Below are positions 40,565 to 50,527 of a stretch of 64,000 bases of DNA, piece by piece; positions within the stretch are counted from its first letter, which is position 1; every line of letters begins with the position of its first letter. A program made the translations under genes and the position numbers. Source of the DNA: Terriglobia bacterium (GTDB taxonomy: Bacteria > Acidobacteriota > Terriglobia > 20CM-2-55-15); NCBI GenBank assembly GCA_963664115.2, contig CAXWPJ010000012.1:384001-448000 (forward strand). Reading direction: 5' to 3'. Under the pieces are notes generated by a model. The model ran no database searches. It saw only the letters and a list, made by a program, of their open reading frames with translations, and had not been told where the DNA came from.

Positions 40565-41563
40565 TCAACAGGGGCGGTTCACCACCGACAGATCAATTGT
40601 AGCCAGTTGGCTTGGAGTCTCGAAACCGGCGTCGCAGCCGAGGGCCTTCATCGTCGGACTGTTGTCCAGGGCATCCAGAGCGATAGATTCGGCTCTCAGT
40701 TTCAGGTGGGCAAAGGTTGTACGCGTCGGACGGAGCGTTTCTCCCTGACTTCGTGTTGCCGGCAGACGTTTCAGGCTGACGGTTCCGCGCACGTTGCCGC
40801 CAATCGCCAGAATCTCTTCCTTGGCTTCGTCCACCTTTACCACAACGTCACAATGGGTTCGGGCGCCCTCTCCCATCTGTCGTCGCCGTTCGGCGATGTT
40901 TTGATAGCGCGGGCGGCGGGCAGTGCACAGCAAGTCGCCCGGCTCCACTCCGGTTTCACCCGCATCGTAGGCCACAAATGCCGTCTCGGAGGTGCCTGAA
41001 TCGCGCGCACGTATGGCCTGATCGATGTAGGTGTGGTGTGCCACCGCGCGCCGGAACTGATTTGAGTCACCGACCCCGCCCGCACACATCACCCAGGATA
41101 TGAATGCCGCCGACCACGGGCTGCGCCATCTCGAACCGATACCCCGTGACCCGTTCCAGGCGTCGTTTTGATTCTCGAGGATCCAGGATCCCTCGGGAGT
41201 GACGGCCCAGTACCCGCCGATCGAAGCCGCAACCCTGGCAGATTCTTCGGGATTACCACGACCGCGACGTCGGCGTCCACGCGGTGTGTCGATCGCTTCA
41301 TCAACGACACTGAAGCTGAAGAAGCCCCATTCCTGCACCGCTGCATCGACGATGCGGCGGCGTGCCCCGTTGATCGGTAGCGTGTAGCACGATGTCGGCT
41401 GTATTCTCATTTCACCCGGTGCGCCGCTTACCCGCTCCGACGGAGGCAAGATGTCGAGTACTGCGGCAGGCAAACGGTCGAAAGGCCTCTGTGCGGCGTG
41501 ACCGTTAGTAGAATAAGAAACCAGAGCAATGACAGCCGCAAGTGGCAGCATGAGAGCCTTCAT
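40565..41563 (-). CDS. DUF2272-like (CHAP/NlpC-related) secreted protein
   Basis: PWSAAFISWVM, GDLLC, HCDVVV, IGGNV. Confidence 0.8.
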   Translation of the reverse strand: MKALMLPLAAVIALVSYSTNGHAAQRPFDRLPAAVLDILPPSERVSGAPGEMRIQPTSCYTLPINGARRRIVDAAVQEWGFFSFSVVDEAIDTPRGRRRRGRGNPEESARVAASIGGYWAVTPEGSWILENQNDAWNGSRGIGSRWRSPWSAAFISWVMCAGGVGDSNQFRRAVAHHTYIDQAIRARDSGTSETAFVAYDAGETGVEPGDLLCTARRPRYQNIAERRRQMGEGARTHCDVVVKVDEAKEEILAIGGNVRGTVSLKRLPATRSQGETLRPTRTTFAHLKLRAESIALDALDNSPTMKALGCDAGFETPSQLATIDLSVVNRPC

Positions 41564-41635
41564 GAACTTTCCTTTCCTGACGTTTCCTGTGGACATACTG
41601 CTGTGCAGCCAATCGAGCCGCTCCAAACTCGCTAA

Positions 41636-41678
41636 ACATTACTAAAGGTAGAAGTTCGAAGCAAACAAACTCTCAACT
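41636..41678 (-). promoter_or_regulatory. Conserved kinase-type promoter copy
   Basis: GTTGAGAGTTTGT-TTGCTT-17-TAATGT; leader shares TTTA.CGAGTTT...CTGCACA with the 46942 copy. Confidence 0.7.
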
Positions 41679-42114
41679 CCTTTGAACAGTTACTCGTAAT
41701 TTAAAGAAGAAGCCCACTGTGGAGGGCCTGCACTTCCGCGATTCTGATGTGTCATGGTCGGGCGTCTACCTGCATCTACCGGCATCTACCTAATGGTATC
41801 GTTGCGCAATCGCGAAGACAGCGCAGAGTCTGACCGTCGGATCGTCAGGCACATGGGACTCCATCTGCGCAGTGCCCTGGGGCTCAGTCCGAACAGGAAC
41901 AACAGGCGGTCTCCACTCCACCTCTTTGGCCAGCACACAGCGACAGCGGACCCGGTGAAACCGGGGCCGGGACACCACACCAGAGCTCGCCTGTGACGTG
42001 CTATGATGCGCAGACTTCAAGCTTTGGTCCAGGAAACGACTCTATGCATCAGGTCGGCGTGGAGGGATCAGACCGGTCGCGGCCCCAGGCAGGCTCTAAA
42101 AAGGAGACAGAACG

Positions 42115-42927
42115 ATGCGAACATTTAAACTTACGGTTGCTGGAGTATTGATTACCTGTACGGTACTTGTGACGGCGCAGTGCGGCAGCATGCCTGTGGA
42201 AACGTCTGCGCCAGCGACGCCTCCAGCTGCGGCGGTCCCAGCTATCATCGAAGACCTTGTTGCCGCCAACCGCATCATCGCAGATCAGGGAGTCGTCGAC
42301 GGATATGGACACGTCAGCGTTCGGAACCCCGACAACCCAGACCAGTTTTTCCTGTCACGATCCATGGCTCCCGAGAGCGTGGTGGCGAGTGACATCCTCA
42401 CGCTGGATCTCGACGGCAACGTTCTCAATTCCGACCAAAACACGTACCAGGAGCGGTACATCCACAGCGAGATCTACAGACTGCGTCCGGACGTAAATTC
42501 CGTTGTCCATTCGCATGCACCCTCGGTGGTTCCATTCGGTACGACCACCGTTCCGCTTCGAGCAATGTTTCACATGTCCGCGTTCATTGGCCAGGGCCTG
42601 CCCATCTTTGAGATCCGAAACGCCGCGGGGATGACCAACATGCTGGTCTCAAACCAGGACATCGGGGCCGCTCTGGCCGAAACGCTCGGCGACCGGCCTG
42701 CGGTACTCATGCGCGGTCATGGCGCGGCCATCGCAGGGCCTTCCCTGCCGATCGCCGTTGGACAGAGCATCTATCTCGCGATCAATGCGACGATGCAGGC
42801 GCAGGCGATGAGTCTCGGCGGCCCGGTCACCTACCTCACTCCCGAGGAGGTCGAATTGACCGGCATTCCCGATAACTACCAGCGGGCCTGGACGCTGTGG
42901 AGACAGGCCGCCCTGGGCGAAAACTAG
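42115..42927 (+). CDS. Class II aldolase/adducin family protein with N-terminal export signal
   Basis: GHVSVR, ERYIHSEIY..RPDV.SVVHSH, LMRGHG. Confidence 0.88.
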   Translation: MRTFKLTVAGVLITCTVLVTAQCGSMPVETSAPATPPAAAVPAIIEDLVAANRIIADQGVVDGYGHVSVRNPDNPDQFFLSRSMAPESVVASDILTLDLDGNVLNSDQNTYQERYIHSEIYRLRPDVNSVVHSHAPSVVPFGTTTVPLRAMFHMSAFIGQGLPIFEIRNAAGMTNMLVSNQDIGAALAETLGDRPAVLMRGHGAAIAGPSLPIAVGQSIYLAINATMQAQAMSLGGPVTYLTPEEVELTGIPDNYQRAWTLWRQAALGEN

Positions 42928-43069
42928 CTGCTTCGGAGCGGGTCGCCGGCTGATTCTTCTCCCCCGGAACCCGGATCGAAGGCCAGGGATCCCTGTCGTG
43001 ACAGCTTTGGCGTGCGTGGTGGAAAGAGACCGGGGGAAACCGACGCCATACCCGCCGGCGATGACAGGG

Positions 43070-43312
43070 TCAGTTCCCTTCTTTAAGCAGCAGCCGGGCT
43101 TCTTCCAGCAAGTCAGCGGGCACCAGGAAAGTCACAGGCCGGCCACGTGGGCCGAAAAACGTCCCGCGAAACGCCCCCCGAAATGCGTCGTACTGGTCCT
43201 CGCCACGAGCGATATAGGGGATGGCCGCTGCGTCAAGGAGTGACTTGATCACAGCCACCTGGGCCGGGCTTACCGTCTCAAATACGACCCTGAGGTCCGC
43301 CTCGTCCCCCAT
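43070..43312 (-). CDS. DUF2007-like small protein
   Basis: VIKSLLDAAAIPY, V....EEARLLL. Confidence 0.7.
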   Translation of the reverse strand: MGDEADLRVVFETVSPAQVAVIKSLLDAAAIPYIARGEDQYDAFRGAFRGTFFGPRGRPVTFLVPADLLEEARLLLKEGN

Positions 43313-43402
43313 CTGCTCTCCGATTTAAGGTCAACGTGCACGTATAGTATCGTGACGACAAGCGATCGGGGACCCGGACCGTCCTGCCTGGGTATGTTCC
43401 GT

Positions 43403-43849
43403 TTATTGGTCGGGCTGGTCCTGCCCCCGCCTGCGGTACCTCGGGTGGTACTGCTCATGACACGTGCGACACGAACTCTCGAGTTCCGCGTTCAAAGCGA
43501 TGATGGCGTCCAGATCATGGGCTTCTGCAGCCTCAAACGCTGCCGTTCCTACATCCACCAACACTTTCGCGTTCTTCACCCAGTCGTCCTGATCGATGGA
43601 ACGGCCTCCCATCATGAGCAGGTTTCCGGATTCCGCCAGAATCAGTGCGCTTCCCCGAAGCAGGTTCCACTCGTAGTCGTTGGTAGGGGGCGCTCTCATT
43701 ACATAGAAAATCTCGTCCGACTTCGGATAGATGATATCCACCATGAGTTCGCTTATGGAGGCCACGGGTTCAAAGGACGGTTCCTGTGCGGCGGTCTGTC
43801 CTACCGAAAGCAGGCAGAGGGTCAGAGTCAGCAAACCGATCATTCGCAT
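43403..43849 (-). CDS. Periplasmic cytochrome c'-like four-helix cytochrome
   Basis: Signal peptide, C-terminal CRTCH. Confidence 0.8.
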   Translation of the reverse strand: MRMIGLLTLTLCLLSVGQTAAQEPSFEPVASISELMVDIIYPKSDEIFYVMRAPPTNDYEWNLLRGSALILAESGNLLMMGGRSIDQDDWVKNAKVLVDVGTAAFEAAEAHDLDAIIALNAELESSCRTCHEQYHPRYRRRGQDQPDQ

Positions 43850-44007
43850 AGCAGCTCCTTCGGGAATCTTTGGCAGCAATTCTAGCACTGCCGGCGACCA
43901 AGTCTGATCGAGACTTTTGAGGCCGTCCCGTCTTGTGAAGTCGAAACCGGTGTGAGATTCCAGTTCCAACTTCCAACGCTGGGCCAACAAAATCGAAATT
44001 ACAGTTG

Positions 44008-44041
44008 TCAACGTCCGACAAGATGATTTCGCAGGACTTGA
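44008..44041. repeat. 34-bp bulged palindrome, copy A
   Basis: TCAACGTCCGACAAGATGATTTCGCAGGACTTGA, identical to 47021-47054. Confidence 0.9.
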
Positions 44042-44049
44042 ACTTGAAA

Positions 44050-44121
44050 TTATGGCGCCGGCACCCGTTCCTTAAGTTTTTCAAACGAGGTGTGAACAAC
44101 GACGATCTGTTGCTGTTCAGA
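44050..44121 (-). pseudogene. Kinase-PD40 C-terminal tail remnant
   Basis: SEQQQIVVVHTSFEKLKERVPAP*. Confidence 0.72.
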
Positions 44122-44177
44122 TGAGTTCGGCGACCAAGAATCAACTTCGACGTGAGAAAGGCTCTGACGGGCTACAC

Positions 44178-45239
44178 TCAGTCGTTGCCGGCCGTCAACA
44201 GGTTATACGCCGCCTCGACGTTGCGGTCGCGTTGCGGGACGTAGTTGGGAAGATCGCCGTAGTCGCCGAGCGCGTCGCTCGCCAACAGGTCTTCCAGCGA
44301 CGTTTCCGACTCCACCGCGCCGGTGATGGCGGCCTGGAGATCCTCGAAGAACTCCCGGTATGCGGTGAAGTCCGCTTTCGTGCCGACACTGCTGTGGCCG
44401 GGTGAAACAATATCGAAGTCCAGTGCTTCGACTCGCTGGAGTGAGTCGATCCACTGTGACAGCGTCCCGGTGCCGGGGAACCCCAGAGCGAGCCGCTTGA
44501 CGTTGATGAAATCCACCCCGTAGATCACTCGCTCCTCGGGAAACAGGAGCACCGTCGCGTCGATGGAATGGTTCGGTCCGGGATGGATGAGCTCCACGGT
44601 CTTGCCGCCCAGCGTGATCGTCAGGCGCTCGGAGTAGAGCATCTCCGGCCCCAGCACGTCCGCCAGTATCTCCCCCGCATCGAGATAGCCGTCGGCATTG
44701 GTGTCGAACGCATCGAAGTAGGGCGCCAGGTCGCCGCTGGCTTCGTTTCTATCGAGCCGCTGATCGCCGTCGGCATCGACCAGCGTCACTTGGACGGGAA
44801 AGCCGGCTATCGCATCCTCGAGCGCGATGGGCAGGTTCGCGTGCCCCACAAAGGTCGCCGTTTCGTCGAATACCCGGCCGCCGGAGGCATGATCCCAGTG
44901 ATAATGGCTGTAGAGCACGTAGCGCACGGGCACCCCGAACCGCTGTGCCAGTTCACCCTCCAGCCAGGTTGCGAAGTCGGCGTTGAGCGGGTCGGCAAGG
45001 ATGATCCCCTCGGCGGTGACGAGGAACACCGTGAAATGGGTGCCGTCCTGTGCACGGTAGAGATCCCCGGCGATCGGCACGATCTCCCGGGCAGGCTCCT
45101 CGCTCTGGGCTTGACCCGCCGGCGGCGGCGCGTCACCGGTGGAGAGGTCGGCCGGCTGATCGCTCCCTTGCTGCGAGCACGCGGCAAGGAATAGCAGCAG
45201 ACCCACGAGTAGCATCGGTGCGGCATATCTCATCATCAT
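44178..45239 (-). CDS. MBL-fold hydrolase lipoprotein with EF-hand pair insert
   Basis: Lipobox LAAC, SHYHWDH, PNHS, SPGH; DADGDQRLDRNE and DTNADGYLDAGE. Confidence 0.87.
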   Translation of the reverse strand: MMMRYAAPMLLVGLLLFLAACSQQGSDQPADLSTGDAPPPAGQAQSEEPAREIVPIAGDLYRAQDGTHFTVFLVTAEGIILADPLNADFATWLEGELAQRFGVPVRYVLYSHYHWDHASGGRVFDETATFVGHANLPIALEDAIAGFPVQVTLVDADGDQRLDRNEASGDLAPYFDAFDTNADGYLDAGEILADVLGPEMLYSERLTITLGGKTVELIHPGPNHSIDATVLLFPEERVIYGVDFINVKRLALGFPGTGTLSQWIDSLQRVEALDFDIVSPGHSSVGTKADFTAYREFFEDLQAAITGAVESETSLEDLLASDALGDYGDLPNYVPQRDRNVEAAYNLLTAGND

Positions 45240-45510
45240 TAACTATCCCCGGCAACGTGCCGATCTGATCGGTGATCTGGCATGGACCTAGACGTGTATC
45301 CGCCTCGATGGACGCGCAACTCCTCTAAACGAGCTCGCACGTAAAACTCACAGAACTATATAGAGCGCGCGGGATGGGGGTCAAAGGAAAAGTGTTGCTC
45401 ACCACTCCACCAACGTCTTCTCCTCAACCTCCCGAAAGCACTTCGGGCGCTTCGCGGGCTCCGGGGGCAGGCCACGTCGAATTAATAGCAGGGTTCAGGT
45501 ATTACAGTTC

Positions 45511-45544
45511 TCAACGTCCGAGAAGATGATTTGTCGGGACTTGA
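45511..45544. repeat. 34-bp bulged palindrome, copy C
   Basis: TCAACGTCCGAGAAGATGATTTGTCGGGACTTGA. Confidence 0.85.
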
Positions 45545-45587
45545 ACCGTCATCTGCCTCCCTTAACTTCCCCGAAGCCGACTTCTCG

Positions 45588-45632
45588 GTCGTAGGCGGGC
45601 TGCATCATCACTACGAGCGGCGTGATGTGTAA
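45588..45632 (+). mobile_element. Remnant of the C-terminus of an integrase-core-domain transposase
   Basis: VVGGLHHHYERRDV* matches the typical GGLHHxYxR tail. Confidence 0.5.
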
Positions 45633-45968
45633 TCGATGTGCTCTTTCTGTCGGGCAGGGTCCGGAGCGCCATGTCCGGGCCGGGCTAGCTGCCGGGGATC
45701 GGGGATCGATCCGGGTGCACTTGCCAGGTCATTCGCAATGCTGCGCCTTTCATCGAACTGTCCGTCGTTGTAAACAGCCGTAAAGAGTGGCTGGATGCGT
45801 TTTGGCGAATGACGCCTGCCCGGTAAAGCTCAACTCCCGATACCTCTTGGATAACGTGATGGGAGCTCCGCATGGGAGCTCCGCATTGCGTGCGCCGGGG
45901 AACGGGGAGTACACTCAGCGCAGTTATTTCCATGCCTCGGGCCCGGTGCCACGAAAAGGGAGGTCTTC

Positions 45969-46706
45969 ATGCGACGTTCAGTGACGGTAAACACAACGAT
46001 TGGATTGATTGCGGTATTCGGTATGTTCGGGATGCTTTCCGGCGCCTTGGCCCAGGAGACCCCGGCGCAGATGGTGGCCCCGCTGTTCCTGAAAGTGGAT
46101 TGGGTGCGGCCGGCTAGCCAGGAAGACACCTCCCTCCGCTACACGCCGGTTCAGGAAAACATCGCCGATCCGAACGTGGAGATCCACTATTACGGGCCGG
46201 GAGCCAAGCAGATCCTGACCACGGGCAATCCGGAGAGCGACGTTCGGCCCTACGGCGTGTGGACGGGGACGGCCGAAGGTCCCTTTGCCATCACCTTCGG
46301 GATGAAGAACGGCAACTATGTCGATCTCACCGGCCTGGCCAACGTCCGGTGGTTCACGAAGACTTCGGGTTTCCATGTCGTGCGTCCCGTCGTAAAGCTG
46401 GCCGACGGCACCCTGCTGGTCGGCGACCGGACTTTCTCTTCGGTGCCTAAGCTCACCCTAAGCGAGTTCTCCCTGACCGATATTCGCTGGATCAAGCTGG
46501 AGCCGGAGCGCATGGTCACGGTCAACAGCGGCCGGTCCCCGACGAACGAAGTCTGGGCCCCCAATCCGGACCTCACCCGCGTCGCGGAAGTCGGCTTCGC
46601 CGACCTGTATCCCGGCAGCGGCCACGGAACCGGCGGGTATATCCACCTCGCCGGGATCGAGGTCTACGGCAAGACCGTGCCGCGAGGGGCGAGGAGCAGC
46701 CGTTAG
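45969..46706 (+). CDS. Secreted hypothetical protein, paralogue of 28955-29653
   Basis: RPVVKLADGTLLVGD, DLTRVAEVGF..GSGHG. Confidence 0.8.
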   Translation: MRRSVTVNTTIGLIAVFGMFGMLSGALAQETPAQMVAPLFLKVDWVRPASQEDTSLRYTPVQENIADPNVEIHYYGPGAKQILTTGNPESDVRPYGVWTGTAEGPFAITFGMKNGNYVDLTGLANVRWFTKTSGFHVVRPVVKLADGTLLVGDRTFSSVPKLTLSEFSLTDIRWIKLEPERMVTVNSGRSPTNEVWAPNPDLTRVAEVGFADLYPGSGHGTGGYIHLAGIEVYGKTVPRGARSSR

Positions 46707-46762
46707 GCTTTTTCTCGAAGCGGTCTTGGGCGATCCAAGAACGGTCGCGCCCACCGAGTGCC

Positions 46763-46942
46763 CTTGGCTTCACGTTCAAACCGTGCGAGGCGATCTGCAT
46801 CCTTCGCAAACTCTTCGGGCAGAGTCTTGATAGCAATTTCACGCCCGAGTTTCGTGCCACGCGCACGCCACACTTCCCCCATTCCGCCCTTACCCCGGAG
46901 GCTCAGGACTTCGTAGTGACCAAGTTTGGTGCCTGATTCCAT
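46763..46942 (-). pseudogene. Truncated Ser/Thr kinase (first ~60 aa only)
   Basis: MESGTKLGHYEVLSLRGKGGMGEVWRAR..IAIKTLPEEFAKDADRLARFEREAK, then homology stops. Confidence 0.9.
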
Positions 46943-46983
46943 GATCTAGTGTGCAGTTGAAATGACCGAGAAAAACTCGGTAA

Positions 46984-47012
46984 AGGATACTAAAGCAGGA
47001 AGTTAGGCGCTA
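46984..47012 (-). promoter_or_regulatory. Promoter of the truncated kinase (prototype of the repeated promoter)
   Basis: TAGCGC-17-TATCCT. Confidence 0.65.
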
Positions 47013-47020
47013 TCAAATCC

Positions 47021-47054
47021 TCAACGTCCGACAAGATGATTTCGCAGGACTTGA
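47021..47054. repeat. 34-bp bulged palindrome, copy B
   Basis: Identical to copy A; lies between a kinase tail and a kinase promoter. Confidence 0.9.
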
Positions 47055-47072
47055 GAATGGATTTCGAAGGTT

Positions 47073-47138
47073 CTACGGGACTGGCTCCTGTTGCTTCAGT
47101 TCTTCAAACCAGTTCCCGACGACGTTGATTTGGAGTGG
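47073..47138 (-). pseudogene. Kinase-PD40 C-terminal tail remnant
   Basis: PLQINVVGNWFEELKQQEPVP*. Confidence 0.82.
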
Positions 47139-47192
47139 CAGCGGTTCTCTGGGTCCTCCGGTTTCGGTGCGAGATGATTTTCCTTTAGACTT

Positions 47193-48053
47193 TTACTCTG
47201 GTGGCTCGACCACAGGACGAATAATGTTCCCGTTCTCATCTTGATATACCGCTTGTTCCAGGCCGGACCCGCCGATGGTGGGCTGAAGGTGCTCGACGTC
47301 CCTTTCGTAGTCCATGCAGGCATGAGACATAATCCGGTCCGGAGCCGTCACGCGCTGAAGCGTCTGCATTGTCGTAAACGGCTTCACGAAAAACACGGGA
47401 TCGGTATGCGTCACCGTGTACTCGATCGTGTTTGGGTCGGCCAGGTGAAATCGTTCGGTGAGATGCAGCTGGTCACTGTGTTCGTGACCGGAAATGTCCA
47501 GCCACGTTCGGTCATTGATGCTCACTGTGTCCACAACCAGCGTGTCTCCCTCCCACTTGCCGAGCGCGTGCCCCGTCCATTCCGGATAGTCATGAATGTA
47601 TTCGGGATGATCCCGCCCATCCGTATAGATCAGGCGGAAGGTGTACTGAGATTCGCTGAGGATTACGAGCACGTCAGGGCGCTGAACAAACATGGTGGGA
47701 TGGCTACGGATGACCATCCTGGACGGACCCGGGGGGAGGCAGAATGTATTGGGATCCTGAGCGTGGTCGACGGTCTGATATCTTTCGTATCCATATGCGG
47801 TGAGAATCATTTCATCACCCGGCACAGTGACCTGGGAGAGGTCCCTGGCAGTCCGTCCAGTCCAAACACCGCTGAGGTCCACGGGTCCGATATCCACGGG
47901 TCCAGATGGAGAGTCTTCTCCCAAATACCACCAGGCACCCTCCAACCCAGATCCGGGCGCACTCAATTGCGCCTGGGCAGGGATCACCACGAGGATTAAA
48001 GCGCAGAACTGTGCCCACGCGGCAAAAGTTAAAACCGAAAAACGCTTGCTCAT
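47193..48053 (-). CDS. Secreted hypothetical protein, DUF6152-partner family
   Basis: DPNTFCLPPG, RLIYTDGRDHP, GHALGKWEGDTLVVDT, HSDQLHLTER. Confidence 0.85.
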   Translation of the reverse strand: MSKRFSVLTFAAWAQFCALILVVIPAQAQLSAPGSGLEGAWWYLGEDSPSGPVDIGPVDLSGVWTGRTARDLSQVTVPGDEMILTAYGYERYQTVDHAQDPNTFCLPPGPSRMVIRSHPTMFVQRPDVLVILSESQYTFRLIYTDGRDHPEYIHDYPEWTGHALGKWEGDTLVVDTVSINDRTWLDISGHEHSDQLHLTERFHLADPNTIEYTVTHTDPVFFVKPFTTMQTLQRVTAPDRIMSHACMDYERDVEHLQPTIGGSGLEQAVYQDENGNIIRPVVEPPE

Positions 48054-48231
48054 GCTGAGCCTCCATATCGAATCACGATTCTGCTTCGAGGGATCCAGAC
48101 CGGGATTCGACTCGCCTAACATCTGATTTTAATTCGTGCTGTCCAATGCAAACGCTGCCGCACGTCGCCATCGCCCAAAGTCTCTGACGGTGACGCTGTC
48201 GGGAGCGACCTTGGCTCCTGAATAGTTGTCT

Positions 48232-48663
48232 CTAGTTGTTGCCTCTAGGCCCGGTAGGTCCTCTATCGTTGGCCGAACCTCCGTACACCCGACGACCATC
48301 GGGCATCGTCACGTTCCGCCCGTTGATGAGGTTCGACCCGTCTCTGGCTCGGAAGCCCTCCACTCTGACGCTATCTCCAATCTTCAGATCGTCTTTGCGC
48401 CAGCCTCTCCTGAACAGATTGTTCGGCGTGCCACCCTCGATGGCCCAATTCTCCACCGCGCCGCTTTCGTCTTCTACATCCACGAACAAGTAGATGTGCG
48501 GATTCCTCCACTGCACTTCCGTGATTTGGCCTTCTACCGTAATGGGCGCATTCGAATCGTATTGGGCCGCGAACGAATGGTGTGCCTCGAGGGAGAGTCC
48601 TCCCAGGAACAGGGCCACACCCACGGCGAATGCACCCGACCACGCTGGTTTCGTTAGCTTCAT
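48232..48663 (-). CDS. DUF6152-like secreted protein
   Basis: LEA|HHSFAAQYD, WRNPHIY, WAIEG, LKIGD. Confidence 0.9.
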   Translation of the reverse strand: MKLTKPAWSGAFAVGVALFLGGLSLEAHHSFAAQYDSNAPITVEGQITEVQWRNPHIYLFVDVEDESGAVENWAIEGGTPNNLFRRGWRKDDLKIGDSVRVEGFRARDGSNLINGRNVTMPDGRRVYGGSANDRGPTGPRGNN

Positions 48664-48830
48664 CGAGCCCTCCAGACTGAAATCCGTTTTGGGGTTGCTG
48701 CGCTTCCTCGACTGAGATGCCCGCTAGATCTAACTACAGGTGGGATGTGTAAGCAAGAAAAGTCTCAAGAGAAAAGTCTCAAGAGCATTAGGAGAAAATA
48801 AGAGCCCTCCCCCCGATAATGATTGGGGAA

Positions 48831-48993
48831 ACAGCGCCGACTCCAACGTCAGATCCAGCGGTAGCCGTCCTTTCTCTAACCCAGCCGTCAGAGTGTCCCT
48901 TTCGACACATTCCATGACGACGTAGTGTGTGGGGTCCTGTTCGCCAACATCGTGAAGGGTGCAGATATCAGGATGGTTCAGGCTGCTTAGAGC
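48831..48993 (-). pseudogene. Internal Ser/Thr kinase fragment (subdomains IV-VIa)
   Basis: LSSLNHPDICTLHDVGEQDPTHYVVMECVERDTLTAGLEKGRLPLDLTL. Confidence 0.85.
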
Positions 48994-49256
48994 GGTGGTT
49001 CACGGCAACGGAGTTGGTAGAGGTGTGGGGCCGCTGGCCGTCCGGCGAGACATCACTGTGGAAATCCAGGCGAGGTCGTGACATCGTGGGGTCTGAAGAA
49101 CCGCATCGCAAGTTCTCGTTTCGCTGTGCCAGCTTAAACGCGGCTGACGTTTCGGAACGTGTAGTTCGTGCGGCAACCCTATGAGCGCTGCGGGGAGCGC
49201 GATACCCCGTGGATCAAAAACAGAACGTGCGTTTAATGGAAAAGGTGAGCATTGCG

Positions 49257-50330
49257 ATGTCTATTTCACGATTAGCGAGACCTTGGTTTGGGGCAACAAT
49301 AGTCATTGGGATTGCACTGCTGGGAGGCCGCGTCTACACGCAGGATGTTCAGCCCGTAAACAGTGGCGCGAATCCGTATCGCACCATTCGAAATTGGGGC
49401 ATGTTACCGGAGGAAAGACCGTGGGGGGCCGCGAACGGCGTCGACATCGACCCCGACGGTCAGTCCGTCTGGGTGGCCGACCGATGCGGAACACGCGAGG
49501 GCTGTGTCGGGTCCCAAGTGGACCCGATTCAGAAGTTCGACGAGTCAGGAAACCTGCTCGCGAGCTTCGGCGGAGGCATGTTCGTGTGGCCGCATGGTCT
49601 CCACGTCGACCAGGATGGAAATGTGTGGGTGGCTGACTCGCGACGCCCGACCGCAGAAGAGCTCCAGACGTTTCCCGGAGAAAAAGACAAGGGCAGCGTG
49701 GTGGTCAAGTTCAGCCCGGAGGGCGAGGTCCTCATGACGCTGGGGCAGTTCGGCGTGGCCGGCAGTCCGCCCGATGCCTTGACCGACCCGATCGACGTTG
49801 TGACCGCTCCAAACGGCGACATTTACGTGACCGAGAGCCATACCAGGGGCCAGGACCCGGACGTCGTCGGACGCATCTCGGTGTTCGACAGCACCGGGCA
49901 GTTCATCAAAACCATCGGGAAATTGGGGACCGGGCCGGGCGAGTTCCGAAGACCCCACGGCATCGTGTTCGACTCGCTTGGCCGCCTGATCGTTGCCGAC
50001 CGGCAGAACCACCGCATCCAGATCCTGGACACGGACGGAAATTATATTGGTGAATACCGAGAGTTCGGCCGCGTGAGTGGGCTGACCATCGATCAGGACG
50101 ACACGATTTATACGAGCGACTCCGAATCAAACGCGAGCAATCACCCAGGCTGGCGCAGGGGGATCCGGATCGGGAGCCTCAAAGACGGCAAAGTGACGAT
50201 GTTCATTCCTGGCCACGAAACGGATTCCCCCGAAGGCGCTGCCGGGGAAGGAATCGCGCTCGACGCCGCCGGCAATCTGTACACTGCAGAAGCAACAGTG
50301 ACGGGAGTGACAAAGTACGTCAGGGATTAG
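49257..50330 (+). CDS. NHL-repeat PAL-like protein, paralogue of 19774-20793
   Basis: VWVADRCG..CVGS, WPHGLHVD, VADRQNHRIQI, GIRIGS. Confidence 0.88.
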   Translation: MSISRLARPWFGATIVIGIALLGGRVYTQDVQPVNSGANPYRTIRNWGMLPEERPWGAANGVDIDPDGQSVWVADRCGTREGCVGSQVDPIQKFDESGNLLASFGGGMFVWPHGLHVDQDGNVWVADSRRPTAEELQTFPGEKDKGSVVVKFSPEGEVLMTLGQFGVAGSPPDALTDPIDVVTAPNGDIYVTESHTRGQDPDVVGRISVFDSTGQFIKTIGKLGTGPGEFRRPHGIVFDSLGRLIVADRQNHRIQILDTDGNYIGEYREFGRVSGLTIDQDDTIYTSDSESNASNHPGWRRGIRIGSLKDGKVTMFIPGHETDSPEGAAGEGIALDAAGNLYTAEATVTGVTKYVRD

Positions 50331-50430
50331 AGGCCATTCGTGAGGCACTGGGCCAACGATGTGTCGGATTAGAACTGAGGTCGTTGGGGAAGGTCTAGCA
50401 AGAAGGGTAGATAGCAAGGCAACGAAATTC

Positions 50431-50464
50431 TCGAGATCCGAGAAGATGATTCATCGGGACTTGA
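50431..50464. repeat. 34-bp bulged palindrome, copy D
   Basis: TCGAGATCCGAGAAGATGATTCATCGGGACTTGA. Confidence 0.8.
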
Positions 50465-50473
50465 CCTTGAAAA

Positions 50474-50527
50474 TCAGGACACCGGGACCCGTTCCTTCAG
50501 TTCTTCAAACCAGTTCAGGACGGTGTT
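50474..50527 (-). pseudogene. Kinase-PD40 C-terminal tail remnant
   Basis: NTVLNWFEELKERVPVS*. Confidence 0.82.

Noticed and set aside
44008-50464. Repeats as a CRISPR array
   Set aside because: Copies are 1.5-3.4 kb apart with whole genes between them; there are no 30-40 bp spacers and no cas genes.
44008-50464. Repeats as canonical integron attC sites
   Set aside because: They are too short, lack proper RYYYAAC/GTTRRRY boxes, and no intI is in the window. Kept only as an analogy.
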